A DNA stretch of 64,000 bases, from assembly GCA_045628065.1 (NCBI GenBank), contig JAZQOW010000054.1, forward strand, positions 20,968-84,967. Reading direction: 5' to 3'. Each line of letters opens with the position of its first letter. Position 1 is the first letter of the stretch. The notes under the pieces are model-generated. The model worked only from the letters and a program-made list of their open reading frames with translations. It ran no database searches and had not been told where the DNA came from. The stretch comes from Faecousia sp. GTDB lineage: Bacteria; Bacillota; Clostridia; Oscillospirales; Oscillospiraceae. The translations under genes and the position numbers were made by a program. Shown here in pieces: positions 18,856 through 28,817 of this stretch.

Positions 18856-19644
<789 letters not shown>

Positions 19645-19706
19645 ATATACTGCATAAAGTGCATATTATTTTCTGAAAAAACAGGCCTATATCGTATTTT
19701 TAGCCA

Positions 19707-19735
19707 TTGACAATGAATATAAATTGATATATAAT
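19707..19735 (+). promoter_or_regulatory. consensus sigma70 promoter for ABC importer 2
   Basis: TTGACA, 17-nt spacer, TATAAT. Both hexamers match consensus exactly. Confidence 0.65.
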
Positions 19736-19792
19736 AGTTTGTACTCAAAAAAGAGCGTAAAATTATTCGTATATCAGTGAAGGAGAACTACC

Positions 19793-20599
19793 ATGAAAAA
19801 GTTTATCGCCCTGCTGCTGGTTCTGACCTTTATCGTAGCTGCATTCGCAGGCTGCGGCACCAGCAAGAAAGCCACCCTCAAGATCCTTGACACCGCTTAT
19901 GCAGAAGAGGATTACGCCATTGCCTTTAAGAAGGGCAACACCGAGCTCCAGACCAATGTCAACAATGCACTCAATGAGCTGATCTCCGACGGCACTGCCG
20001 CCAAGGTCATTGCCAAGTACATCGAAGGCACCGACTCCGGCCTGAAGTTCCAGGAAAATGTCGCTGCCGATGCTCCCACCCTGACGATGGGCACCAACGC
20101 CGAATTCCCCCCCTATGAATACTACGAAGGCGACGCCGTTGTCGGTATCGATGCCGAAATCGCTGCTGCCATCGCTGACAAGCTGGGCATGAAGCTCGTC
20201 ATCGAAGATATGGCTTTTGATTCCATCATCACCGCTGTGGATGCCGGCAAGATCGACATGGGCATGGCCGGCATGACCGTTACCGAAGAGCGCCTGCAGA
20301 GTGTTGACTTCTCCGACAGCTATGCTACCGGCGTTCAGGTCGTTATCGTTACCGAAGACTCCAAGATCACCTCTGTTGATGATCTGTCCGCTGAAGGTGC
20401 GAACTACCGGATCGGCGTGCAGAGCGGCACCACCGGCGACCTCTATGCTACTTGGGATCTCGAAGATGAAGGCCTTGCAACCGTCCAGCGTTACAACAAG
20501 GGCGCTGATGCTGTTCAGGCTCTGGTCACCGGCAAGGTAGACTGCGTCATCATCGACAACGAGCCTGCTAAGGCCTTTGTGGCTGCCAACAACGGTTAA
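19793..20599 (+). CDS. amino acid ABC transporter substrate-binding lipoprotein, circularly permuted SBP_bac_3 fold
   Basis: 268 aa. Lipobox AFAGC. The canonical C-terminal segment (EDYAIAFKKGNTELQTNVNNALNELISDGT) sits at the N-terminus. The protein ends where that segment normally begins (CVIIDNEPAKAFVAANNG). Confidence 0.85.
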   Translation: MKKFIALLLVLTFIVAAFAGCGTSKKATLKILDTAYAEEDYAIAFKKGNTELQTNVNNALNELISDGTAAKVIAKYIEGTDSGLKFQENVAADAPTLTMGTNAEFPPYEYYEGDAVVGIDAEIAAAIADKLGMKLVIEDMAFDSIITAVDAGKIDMGMAGMTVTEERLQSVDFSDSYATGVQVVIVTEDSKITSVDDLSAEGANYRIGVQSGTTGDLYATWDLEDEGLATVQRYNKGADAVQALVTGKVDCVIIDNEPAKAFVAANNG

Positions 20600-20614
20600 T
20601 AAGCATTGCTTTTT

Positions 20615-20649
20615 AAACAAGGGCGGTCTACCAACCGCCCTTTGTTTTT
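20615..20649 (+). terminator. rho-independent-type hairpin between binding-protein and permease genes (partial terminator)
   Basis: AAACAAGGGCGGT, loop CTACCA, ACCGCCCTTTGTTTTT. Confidence 0.6.
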
Positions 20650-20679
20650 ATAACACAGAAAAGAAAAGGAAGGGAATCC

Positions 20680-21399
20680 ATGTTCGAAAATTTAAAGCAA
20701 CAGTTTGTCCTGAACTTTGTTGAGGGCGATCGATGGAAGTACCTCACCCAGGGCCTGAGCAACACCTTACAGATTACCTTTGCTGCTGTATTTATTGGTG
20801 TTGTTCTCGGCATTCTCATTGCCATTGTGCGTTCCACCTGGGATAAGAACCATGAAGATATGCGTCCCGGCTTGGGTAAATTCTTCCTGCGCGTGGCCAA
20901 CTGGTTCTGCAAACTCTATCTTACCGTTATCCGCGGCACCCCTGTGGTTGTTCAGCTGATGATCATCTACTATATTATCTTTGCCGCCTCCAATAACGGT
21001 GTTGCCATCGCCATGCTGGCCTTCGGTATTAACTCCGGCGCTTATGTGGCGGAGATCATCCGCGGCGGTATCATGTCCATTGATGCCGGTCAGTTCGAAG
21101 CAGGCCGCTCTCTGGGTCTGAATTTCTCCCAGACGATGAGCAATATCATCATCCCCCAGGCATTGAAGAATGTGCTTCCCGCATTGGCCAATGAATTCAT
21201 TGTCCTTCTGAAAGAGACCTCCGTTGCCGGTTATGTCTCCGTCATCGACCTGACGAAGGGCGGCGATATCATCCGCGGCCGTACCTATTCAGCCTTCATG
21301 CCGCTGATTGCCGTTGCGCTGATTTATCTGGTAATGGTTATTTTCTTCACCTGGCTGGTAGGCAAGCTGGAAAGGAGGCTGCGTAACAGTGACCACTGA
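20680..21399 (+). CDS. amino acid ABC transporter permease
   Basis: 239 aa, 5 TM. Loop region [18 protein letters not shown]. Confidence 0.88.
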   Translation: MFENLKQQFVLNFVEGDRWKYLTQGLSNTLQITFAAVFIGVVLGILIAIVRSTWDKNHEDMRPGLGKFFLRVANWFCKLYLTVIRGTPVVVQLMIIYYIIFAASNNGVAIAMLAFGINSGAYVAEIIRGGIMSIDAGQFEAGRSLGLNFSQTMSNIIIPQALKNVLPALANEFIVLLKETSVAGYVSVIDLTKGGDIIRGRTYSAFMPLIAVALIYLVMVIFFTWLVGKLERRLRNSDH

Positions 21400-22132
21400 T
21401 GTACTGATTTCCGTAAAAGATTTGAGAAAACATTTCCACGACGGTGCAGTGAAGGCGCTGGACGGCGTATCCAGTGAGATTCACAAGGGTGAGGTTGTAG
21501 TTGTGATCGGCCCCTCCGGCAGTGGTAAGTCTACCTTCCTGCGCTGCCTGAACCTTCTCGAGCGCCCCACCGATGGTGTGATTACCTTTGAAGGGGTCGA
21601 TATCACCGACGCAAAGTGCAACATCAACCTCCATCGCCAGAAGATGGGCATGGTTTTCCAGCATTTCAATCTCTTCCCCCACATGACCGTTCTCAAAAAT
21701 ATGACGCTCGGCCCCACGAAGCTCTTACATAAGAGCCGCGAGGAGGCAGAGGCGAAGGCCAAAGAGCTTCTCAAACGTGTCGGCCTGCTGGAGAAAGCGG
21801 ATGTCTATCCCAACCAGCTTTCCGGCGGTCAGAAGCAGCGCGTTGCCATCGTCCGTGCACTTTGCATGGAGCCGGAGGTCATGCTGTTTGACGAGCCTAC
21901 CTCCGCCCTTGACCCCGAGATGGTCGGTGAAGTACTTGAGGTCATGCGCAACCTTGCCAAATCCGGCATGACCATGGTGGTGGTTACCCACGAAATGGGC
22001 TTTGCCAAAGAAGTTGGCACCCGCGTGATTTTTATGGATGAGGGTAAAATCATAGAAGAGAATACCCCGGAGGAGCTTTTTACCAATCCCCAAAGCCCTC
22101 GTTTGAAAAGCTTCCTTGCCAAGGTTCTGTAA
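21389..22132 (+). CDS. amino acid ABC transporter ATP-binding protein
   Basis: 247 aa. GTG start 10 nt after AAAGGAGG. Walker [10 protein letters not shown], signature LSGGQKQRV, Walker [12 protein letters not shown]. Confidence 0.9.
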   Translation: MTTDVLISVKDLRKHFHDGAVKALDGVSSEIHKGEVVVVIGPSGSGKSTFLRCLNLLERPTDGVITFEGVDITDAKCNINLHRQKMGMVFQHFNLFPHMTVLKNMTLGPTKLLHKSREEAEAKAKELLKRVGLLEKADVYPNQLSGGQKQRVAIVRALCMEPEVMLFDEPTSALDPEMVGEVLEVMRNLAKSGMTMVVVTHEMGFAKEVGTRVIFMDEGKIIEENTPEELFTNPQSPRLKSFLAKVL

Positions 22133-22148
22133 ATCAAAGCATCCGAGG

Positions 22149-22182
22149 CGCCCCCGCTTTCCCAGAGATGAAAGCGGGGGCG
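22149..22182 (+). terminator. hairpin terminator after ABC importer 2
   Basis: 13-bp stem CGCCCCCGCTTTC / GAAAGCGGGGGCG with an 8-nt loop. Poor U-tract. Confidence 0.55.
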
Positions 22183-22279
22183 TACTGTACATTTATTTAT
22201 TTTAAAATTTCAGGAAAAATTAAGCATTATGTAGTATAATAGCTTTAGAGTTTAAAACCCCGAAAGGAAGGAATTGCCC

Positions 22280-24013
22280 ATGAAGAAACGAATTGAAGGA
22301 AATCCGGACGATGCTCTGTTTGTAGCACTGCAAAAGAGTAAGAAGCGCCGCAGAAGTAAGATCCTCTTTACCACTCTGGCCATTATTCTTGCGGTTCTTG
22401 CTGCACTGATTATTACAGTTTTCTATCTGCGCGGCCGGGTGGAGAACAAGTTCTCTCAGGGAAAGGGCGAAGTGCTTACCTATGCCGCCCAGCTTGGCAG
22501 TGTCAGCACGACCGTTTCCGGGGAAGGCATTCTGGAGGATGTAGATCTGGAAGAGCTGAGCGTTCCTGCCAATGTCACCGTGGATGAAATTGTTGTGGAG
22601 GCACAGGAGCAGGTCGAAAAGGGCGATATCATTGCCTATCTGGATCTTTCCTCTGTCCTGTCGGCTATGTCCCAGATGCAGGCACAGCTGGATGACTTTG
22701 ATCAGCAGCTCTCTGATGCCGAGGATGACGCCGTTTCTGAAAAAATAACTGCCGGTGTGGCAGGCCGTGTGAAAGCCATCTACTGCGAGGAAGGCGATAC
22801 GGTCGCCCAGTGCATGTATGCAAACGGCGCACTGATGCTCCTGTCTTCCGATGGCTATATGGCGGCAGAAATCGAGGCCGGCGGCCTGAAAAAGGGCGAT
22901 CGGCTGACTGCAGCCCTGCCCGACGGCACAGAAAAAGAGGCTGAAGTGAGCATGGTTCTTGGTGGAAGCGCGACGGTGCTTCTGGATGATGAAGTGCCCA
23001 TGGAGGGCGAGACCGTTTCCTTTACCGATGCGGACGGCAAGCCGCTCGGCAGTGCGGAAGTGACGATCCACAATCCCCTGCGCGTTACCGGCTTTGCGGG
23101 TACCGTGGAGGATATCCGTGTCGAAGTCGGCGACAAGGTGAAAGCTTCCACCACCGTCCTGACCCTTTCCGATACCGAATACAGCGCAAATTATGACGCC
23201 ATTCTCCGCCAGAGAGAAGAGGCCGAGGATACACTCATGGAGCTGCTTACGCTCTACCATGACGGCGCCCTGCTTAGCCCCATTTCCGGCTCGGTCAGCT
23301 CTGTCACCGATTTGGATGCGGATGCAGCAATCATGAGCTATGGCGTTGAGACAGCCGATCAGCTGATTGCTGTCATTTCGCCCAATCAGCAGATGAAGGT
23401 CTCCATCAGCGTGGACGAGACCGATATTCTTTCCCTGGAGCCTGACCAGAAGGTCGAAATCACGGTTTCATCTCTTGGCGAAGAAAGCTTTGAGGGCGTT
23501 GTCTCTGAGGTAAATAAGACTGCGGACAGCTCCTCCGGCGTCACCAGCTACAGTGCGGAAATCCTTCTGGATAAGCAGGAGAAAATGCTCTCCGGCATGA
23601 ATGCCAAGGCAGTGATCCGCATTCAGGGTGTGGAGGATGCCATCATCATTCCCGTGGATGCGCTGCACCAGACCAGTGCCACCTCCTTTGTTTATACTTC
23701 CTATGATGCAGAAAAGGGCGAGTACGGCGGCATGAAGGAAGTCACAACAGGTCTGATGGGCTCCAATTATGTCGAGATCACCAACGGCCTCTCCGAGGGC
23801 GATGTTGTTTACTACACCGAGCGGGAATCCAATAATCCCTGGGGCAATTTCACCGGCTTCGGCAATATGCCCTCCCGCAGCTATGGCTCGTCCAGTGGAG
23901 GAAAGATGCCGTCCGGCGGGTATGAAATGCCGTCCGGTGGACAGGGAAGCTTCCCGAGCGGAGGAAAAATGCCCGCCGCCGGAGGAAATATGCCAAGCCG
24001 CGGCACGAACTGA
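22280..24013 (+). CDS. HlyD/MacA-type membrane fusion (adaptor) protein 1
   Basis: The track ORF starts at TTG 22274. ATG 22280 (MKKRIEGN) follows GGAAGGAA. Order is N-terminal TM, lipoyl-like, coiled-coil, beta-barrel. C-terminal Gly/Met/Pro repeat tail. Confidence 0.82.
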   Translation: MKKRIEGNPDDALFVALQKSKKRRRSKILFTTLAIILAVLAALIITVFYLRGRVENKFSQGKGEVLTYAAQLGSVSTTVSGEGILEDVDLEELSVPANVTVDEIVVEAQEQVEKGDIIAYLDLSSVLSAMSQMQAQLDDFDQQLSDAEDDAVSEKITAGVAGRVKAIYCEEGDTVAQCMYANGALMLLSSDGYMAAEIEAGGLKKGDRLTAALPDGTEKEAEVSMVLGGSATVLLDDEVPMEGETVSFTDADGKPLGSAEVTIHNPLRVTGFAGTVEDIRVEVGDKVKASTTVLTLSDTEYSANYDAILRQREEAEDTLMELLTLYHDGALLSPISGSVSSVTDLDADAAIMSYGVETADQLIAVISPNQQMKVSISVDETDILSLEPDQKVEITVSSLGEESFEGVVSEVNKTADSSSGVTSYSAEILLDKQEKMLSGMNAKAVIRIQGVEDAIIIPVDALHQTSATSFVYTSYDAEKGEYGGMKEVTTGLMGSNYVEITNGLSEGDVVYYTERESNNPWGNFTGFGNMPSRSYGSSSGGKMPSGGYEMPSGGQGSFPSGGKMPAAGGNMPSRGTN

Positions 24014-24019
24014 GGAGGT

Positions 24020-24697
24020 ATGCAGATGATTGATCTCAAAGATATCTCCAAGGTTTATCAGATCGGGGACGAGCGCGTCCGTGCGCTGGATCATGCTACG
24101 ATGCACATTGCCCCGAAGGAATTTGTCAGCATCATCGGCCCGTCAGGCAGCGGCAAATCCACGCTGATGAATATTATCGGCTGCCTTGATACGGCGGATG
24201 ACGGCGAATACCGTCTGGACGGCATCCCGATCGAGGCCTATTCCGAAAACGAGCTTGCCAAGGTACGCAACCGGAAGATCGGCTTTATTTTCCAGAATTT
24301 TAACCTGATTTCCAAGCTTACCGCCGAAGAAAATGTGGAGCTGCCCCTGATTTATCAGGGCGTGCACCGCGGGGAACGTCAGCAGCGCGTGCGGGCGGCG
24401 CTTGAACGCGTGGGGCTGAGCCGCAGAGCAAAGCATTTGCCCACGGAGCTTTCCGGCGGCCAGCAGCAGAGAGTTGCAATCGCAAGAGCCATCGTTACCC
24501 GCCCCAGCCTTCTACTGGCTGATGAGCCGACAGGCAATCTGGACTCCAAAACCAGCCGGGAGATCATGGATATCATCCGGGAGCTCCACGCGCAGGGCAA
24601 TACCATCGTCCTGATTACGCATGACAACGAGGTCGCCCGACAGGCACCGCGCAGCATCCATATTCTGGATGGTAAGGTATCGGAGGTGCAGCTATGA
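24020..24697 (+). CDS. MacB/LolD-type ABC transporter ATP-binding protein
   Basis: 225 aa. Walker [10 protein letters not shown], signature LSGGQQQRV, Walker B LLLADEPTGNLD. Confidence 0.9.
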   Translation: MQMIDLKDISKVYQIGDERVRALDHATMHIAPKEFVSIIGPSGSGKSTLMNIIGCLDTADDGEYRLDGIPIEAYSENELAKVRNRKIGFIFQNFNLISKLTAEENVELPLIYQGVHRGERQQRVRAALERVGLSRRAKHLPTELSGGQQQRVAIARAIVTRPSLLLADEPTGNLDSKTSREIMDIIRELHAQGNTIVLITHDNEVARQAPRSIHILDGKVSEVQL

Positions 24698-25887
24698 TTA
24701 CAGCATTTCGTATGGCGCTTCGCTCCATTGGCTCCAATAAGATGCGCGCAGCACTCACCATGCTGGGTATCGTCATCGGCGTTCTGGCACTGGTGGTGCT
24801 GGTCAGTCTGGTCAACAGTGCGACAGATTCTGTCACCGATGCAGTGAGCAGTCTGGGAACGGATCTGCTGACCGTCACGGTATCTGATGATAAGGGTGCG
24901 CCCATTACCCCTGAGGTTTTGACCGAATGGTCAGAAAAGGATCCCGCGCTTGGCCTTATGGCGCCCTATACCGTGACTTCTGCCATCGCAAAATACCAGC
25001 GGGAAAATGGCGTTGCATCAATTTACGGTACGACTGCCGATTATTACGATATTCAGGGCATGAAGCTTTTGGCTGGCCGTTTCCTGAAAAAGACAGATGT
25101 GGATAACCATACCAGAGTCTGCGTGATCAACAAAGCAGCCGCAGAGGATATGATCGGTTATTCTGACTGCATGGGCAAGGAAATTTCTCTCGACGGCATG
25201 AAATTCACCGTGGTCGGTGTGCTGGAGGATGACGAGGATAACCTGAACACGCTCCTGACTGCCGGAAGCTGGATGGCCTATATTCCCTTCACCACGCTGC
25301 CGCGCCTGTCCGCTCTGACCTCCATGGATGTGACCACCTTCTGCGCCAGCGCAGCGGATGGGGTGCTGATCGAGGACGCAAAAGCGGCGCTGGAGGCACG
25401 GCTGTATGCGCGCTTTGAGGAGGATGAGGATGCCTATTCTCTGATATCGCTGGACATTCTGGAGGAAGCGATGAGCTCCATCACCTCTGTTCTGTCGATT
25501 CTGCTGGGCGGTATTGCGGGTATTTCTCTGATCGTTGGCGGCATCGGCATTATGAATATCATGCTGGTGACGGTAACGGAACGTACCCGGGAAATCGGCA
25601 TCCGCAAAGCCATCGGCGCCAGCCGCGGTACGATTCTGCGCCAGTTCCTGATTGAGGCAATCGTGCTGTGTATGTTCGGCTGTGCCATCGGTATCTTCCT
25701 ATCGTGGACGATTTTGCGGATCGTGACCGTCATTACGGCCAGCATCGACATGAAATTCAAGCTGCAAGCCAGTGTGGTTTGGATTTCTGTAGCGTTCTGC
25801 TTCTTCATTGGTCTGATTTTCGGCCTCTATCCCGCCAATAAGGCAGCAAAAATGAAGCCGATCGATGCGCTGCACTATAATGGCTAA
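24694..25887 (+). CDS. MacB-type ABC transporter permease (FtsX family)
   Basis: 397 aa. A large extracytoplasmic domain lies between TM1 and TM2, followed by a C-terminal FtsX bundle. ATGA overlap with the ATPase gene. Confidence 0.88.
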   Translation: MITAFRMALRSIGSNKMRAALTMLGIVIGVLALVVLVSLVNSATDSVTDAVSSLGTDLLTVTVSDDKGAPITPEVLTEWSEKDPALGLMAPYTVTSAIAKYQRENGVASIYGTTADYYDIQGMKLLAGRFLKKTDVDNHTRVCVINKAAAEDMIGYSDCMGKEISLDGMKFTVVGVLEDDEDNLNTLLTAGSWMAYIPFTTLPRLSALTSMDVTTFCASAADGVLIEDAKAALEARLYARFEEDEDAYSLISLDILEEAMSSITSVLSILLGGIAGISLIVGGIGIMNIMLVTVTERTREIGIRKAIGASRGTILRQFLIEAIVLCMFGCAIGIFLSWTILRIVTVITASIDMKFKLQASVVWISVAFCFFIGLIFGLYPANKAAKMKPIDALHYNG

Positions 25888-25899
25888 GGGGGGAACAGA

Positions 25900-28035
25900 A
25901 TGAAAAAAAGGAAAATCAAATCCATCCTTTGGACGGCAGGCCTTTTGCTTGTTGTTGCCCTGCTGGTGGCAGCGCCTTTCCTGATGGAGCAGCGAGCGGC
26001 ACGGAATCACAGCAATACCACCATCCGCACGGCAGCTGTGCAGAAGAGCAGCATCGGCACCAGCTATTCCGGCAGCGGCTCCCTCCGCGCGCAGGATGCA
26101 GTTTCCGTCAGCATTCCGGAAAAAGTCATGCTTACCGAGTTCCTGGTCAGTGACGGTGAAATGGTAACCTCCGGGCAGACCCTTGCCGCAGCCGACCGGG
26201 TCAGCGTCATGGAAGCCATTGCCAAGGTGCAGGAAACGCTGGATACCATCAATGAACAGATCGAGGATGCCGCGGAAGACGAGGCAGAATCTACCCTGAC
26301 AGCCCAGACGGGCGGCAGAGTGATGGCCGTCTACGGCGAAAAGGGCGATGAGGTGCAAAAGGTCATGCTGGAGCACGGCGCACTTGCGATCATCAGCCTT
26401 GATGGCAAGCTTGCGCTGGATTTCTCCTGTGATAAAACCGTTTCCATCGGAACCGAGGTTCAGGTTATAACGCCCGCTGGTGAGGAAGTCACCGGCAGAG
26501 TCGAATCCTCTCTGGTAGGCAATGTCTGCGTGACCCTGCCTGATGATGCGGCAGCACTGGGCGATACGGTTACGGTAAAGGCTTCCGACGGTTCTGCGCT
26601 TGGCACAGGCACGCTATATGCCCACAATGAATGGCGCGCAGCGGCCTATACGGGTGTGATCGAATCGGTGCATGTGAAAGCCGGTGAAAAAGTGTCGGAT
26701 GGCAAAAAGCTGCTCACACTTTCAGATACCGAGGATCACTCCGAATATCAGATTCTCTGCGCAAAGCATCGCGTATATGAGGAAATTCTCTCCGAGCTGT
26801 TTGTCCTCTATCAGGATGGCGCGGTGAAGGCAAAGTCCGACGGTATGGTGACCCTGCCCGAGGATACTGAGCCCTATCTTCTGTCTGCGACTGCGCAGGA
26901 CTATACGCTGATCTTCCTGAGCAACGAGCCTATGGGCGAGGAAGGCGCACAGTATATCAACATGGTGGGTCTCGTGACGGCCTGTGCCGATGGTGCGTTC
27001 TCCATGAATATGTGCCCGACGCCCGTGGCGGTGGATGATTATCTGCATGTTTCCGTCCCGCAGGAGAGCATGACGGAGGTCGGGCTCTATACCCCCGATC
27101 CTGCTACCCCGGTGTTTACCTATTCCGACAGCCAGTGGCAGCAGGGCGGCCTTTCTGATATTTCGGAGGGGGATACACTGCTTCTTGCTTATTCTCAGGA
27201 AACGCAGCAGCTGGTGTGGATCGTCCGGGTAGCATCCGGTGGAGCTGCGCCTGATGAACCCGATCATCCGTCGATTCCGGATCAACCGGATCATCCCGTG
27301 ATTCCTGATTCTCCGGTGATTCCGAATATTCCGAACGATCCCAGCAATCAGAATCCTTATGGAAATTACGGTGATTACAGCGGATATTTCCAAATGCCCG
27401 GCAATCTGACAGGCTACGGCAGCGCCTTTTCCCAGTCCGGACTGTATGCCGCCTATGGCGGAACGCCCATGGAGGAGCAGGTCGCGGCGCTGTATACCGA
27501 TAGCGAGAAGGAAATACTCACCGTGACGCCGTGTGATGAAATGTATCTGGATATGACGGTCGATGAACTGGACATTCTGGATGCAAAGCTCGATCAGAAG
27601 GCCAATGTGATCATTGATGCACTTCCCGGCCGAACCTTTGATGCCACGGTGACGGAGATATCCAATCAGGGCATCAACATCGGCGGCAACAGCAAGTTTA
27701 CCGTCACCCTGACCCTCCCGCGTGAGGATACCATGCTCCCCGGCATGAATGCCTCGGCAGAGGTGCCGCTGGAAAGCTTCGAGAACATCCTGACGATCCC
27801 TGTCAGCGCGCTGTACGATCAGGGCAGCAAGACCTATGTCTACTGCTCCTGGGACAAGGAAAACGGTCTGGGAACAATGACAGAGGTTCAGACCGGCATT
27901 TCCGATGGCGATCAGGTGGAAATTCTTTCCGGCATCAATGAAAATGATACCGTCTGGTATGAATACAAGGATAAAGTCGAAATTTCCAACGAAGTACCGC
28001 TGGATCGGCAAAGATACTTCCGTTACGGAGGCTAA
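25900..28035 (+). CDS. HlyD/MacA-type membrane fusion (adaptor) protein 2, enlarged
   Basis: 711 aa. N-terminal TM, duplicated lipoyl-like segments, a Pro-rich insert (PDEPDHPSIPDQPDHPVIPDSPVIPNIPNDP), and a C-terminal beta-barrel plus membrane-proximal region. Confidence 0.8.
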   Translation: MKKRKIKSILWTAGLLLVVALLVAAPFLMEQRAARNHSNTTIRTAAVQKSSIGTSYSGSGSLRAQDAVSVSIPEKVMLTEFLVSDGEMVTSGQTLAAADRVSVMEAIAKVQETLDTINEQIEDAAEDEAESTLTAQTGGRVMAVYGEKGDEVQKVMLEHGALAIISLDGKLALDFSCDKTVSIGTEVQVITPAGEEVTGRVESSLVGNVCVTLPDDAAALGDTVTVKASDGSALGTGTLYAHNEWRAAAYTGVIESVHVKAGEKVSDGKKLLTLSDTEDHSEYQILCAKHRVYEEILSELFVLYQDGAVKAKSDGMVTLPEDTEPYLLSATAQDYTLIFLSNEPMGEEGAQYINMVGLVTACADGAFSMNMCPTPVAVDDYLHVSVPQESMTEVGLYTPDPATPVFTYSDSQWQQGGLSDISEGDTLLLAYSQETQQLVWIVRVASGGAAPDEPDHPSIPDQPDHPVIPDSPVIPNIPNDPSNQNPYGNYGDYSGYFQMPGNLTGYGSAFSQSGLYAAYGGTPMEEQVAALYTDSEKEILTVTPCDEMYLDMTVDELDILDAKLDQKANVIIDALPGRTFDATVTEISNQGINIGGNSKFTVTLTLPREDTMLPGMNASAEVPLESFENILTIPVSALYDQGSKTYVYCSWDKENGLGTMTEVQTGISDGDQVEILSGINENDTVWYEYKDKVEISNEVPLDRQRYFRYGG

Positions 28036-28043
28036 ATAGAGTG

Positions 28044-28082
28044 ATACCGCTGCTCCAATCCAACGGAGCAGCGGTATATTTT
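28044..28082 (+). terminator. rho-independent terminator of the efflux module
   Basis: 13-bp stem ATACCGCTGCTCC / GGAGCAGCGGTAT followed by ATTTT. Confidence 0.75.
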
Positions 28083-28094
28083 GGCCTTATTTAT

Positions 28095-28128
28095 AAAAGA
28101 ACCGCCCCAATCGTGAGGCGGTTCTTAA
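28095..28128 (-). terminator. terminator of the V-ATPase operon
   Basis: 10-bp stem AAGAACCGCC / GGCGGTTCTT. On the reverse strand it is followed by a short T-run. Confidence 0.6.
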
Positions 28129-28136
28129 TATTGTTA

Positions 28137-28808
28137 TCAGGCTTCACGTTCGCTGTAGTGGTAGGTTTGCTCGAGCATCATATCCTTGATCTTCATCAGG
28201 CGGATCTGGGTGCTGCGCTCGTTTTCGTCCAGCTTCATGGTGATGAATTTGATTTTTTCCTGCGCATCGGGGATCATGACGTGCTCCAGCGCGTTAACGC
28301 GGCGGCGGGTCTTTTCGATTTCCGCTGCCATGAGCTGACAGGATTTTTCAATCTCTGCCAGACGAAGCAGGTCGGGAAGCAGATCGGACAGGGATTTTAC
28401 CGCGTCATCCAGATCGCTGGAGGTGAAGGCGTAGCCATAGGGGTAGATATCTCCGGCATTGGGGGTGCGGGTCTTGGCGGTGAATACGGGGATATTCACG
28501 CTCATGACATTGCGGGTGCCGGTTTCCAGATAGACCTCCTGCTTGGGTGCCAGCAGCGCGGCATTCATGGCGGCATCGGAGACACCGGCCTTTGCCAGAA
28601 CAAAGTTTTTGTTGGCGGCGGCGATCCCGGCTTCCACCTTTTCGCGCAGCGCCTTGTTTTCACGAACCAGTTCGAGGAATTGACGCATCAGCTCATCGCG
28701 CTTATCCTTGAGCAGCTTGTGCCCACGGGTCGCCGTCATGAGTTTTTTCTTCTGACGGCTCAGCTCCATACGGGTGGGGTTCACCTGTGCAGATGCCAAA
28801 ACGATCAC
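28137..28808 (-). CDS. ntpD: V-type ATP synthase subunit D
   Basis: 223 aa. NPTRMELSRQKKKL...RGHKLLKDKRDEL. Confidence 0.9.
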   Translation of the reverse strand: MIVLASAQVNPTRMELSRQKKKLMTATRGHKLLKDKRDELMRQFLELVRENKALREKVEAGIAAANKNFVLAKAGVSDAAMNAALLAPKQEVYLETGTRNVMSVNIPVFTAKTRTPNAGDIYPYGYAFTSSDLDDAVKSLSDLLPDLLRLAEIEKSCQLMAAEIEKTRRRVNALEHVMIPDAQEKIKFITMKLDENERSTQIRLMKIKDMMLEQTYHYSEREA

Positions 28809-28817
28809 TCCTCTCCC

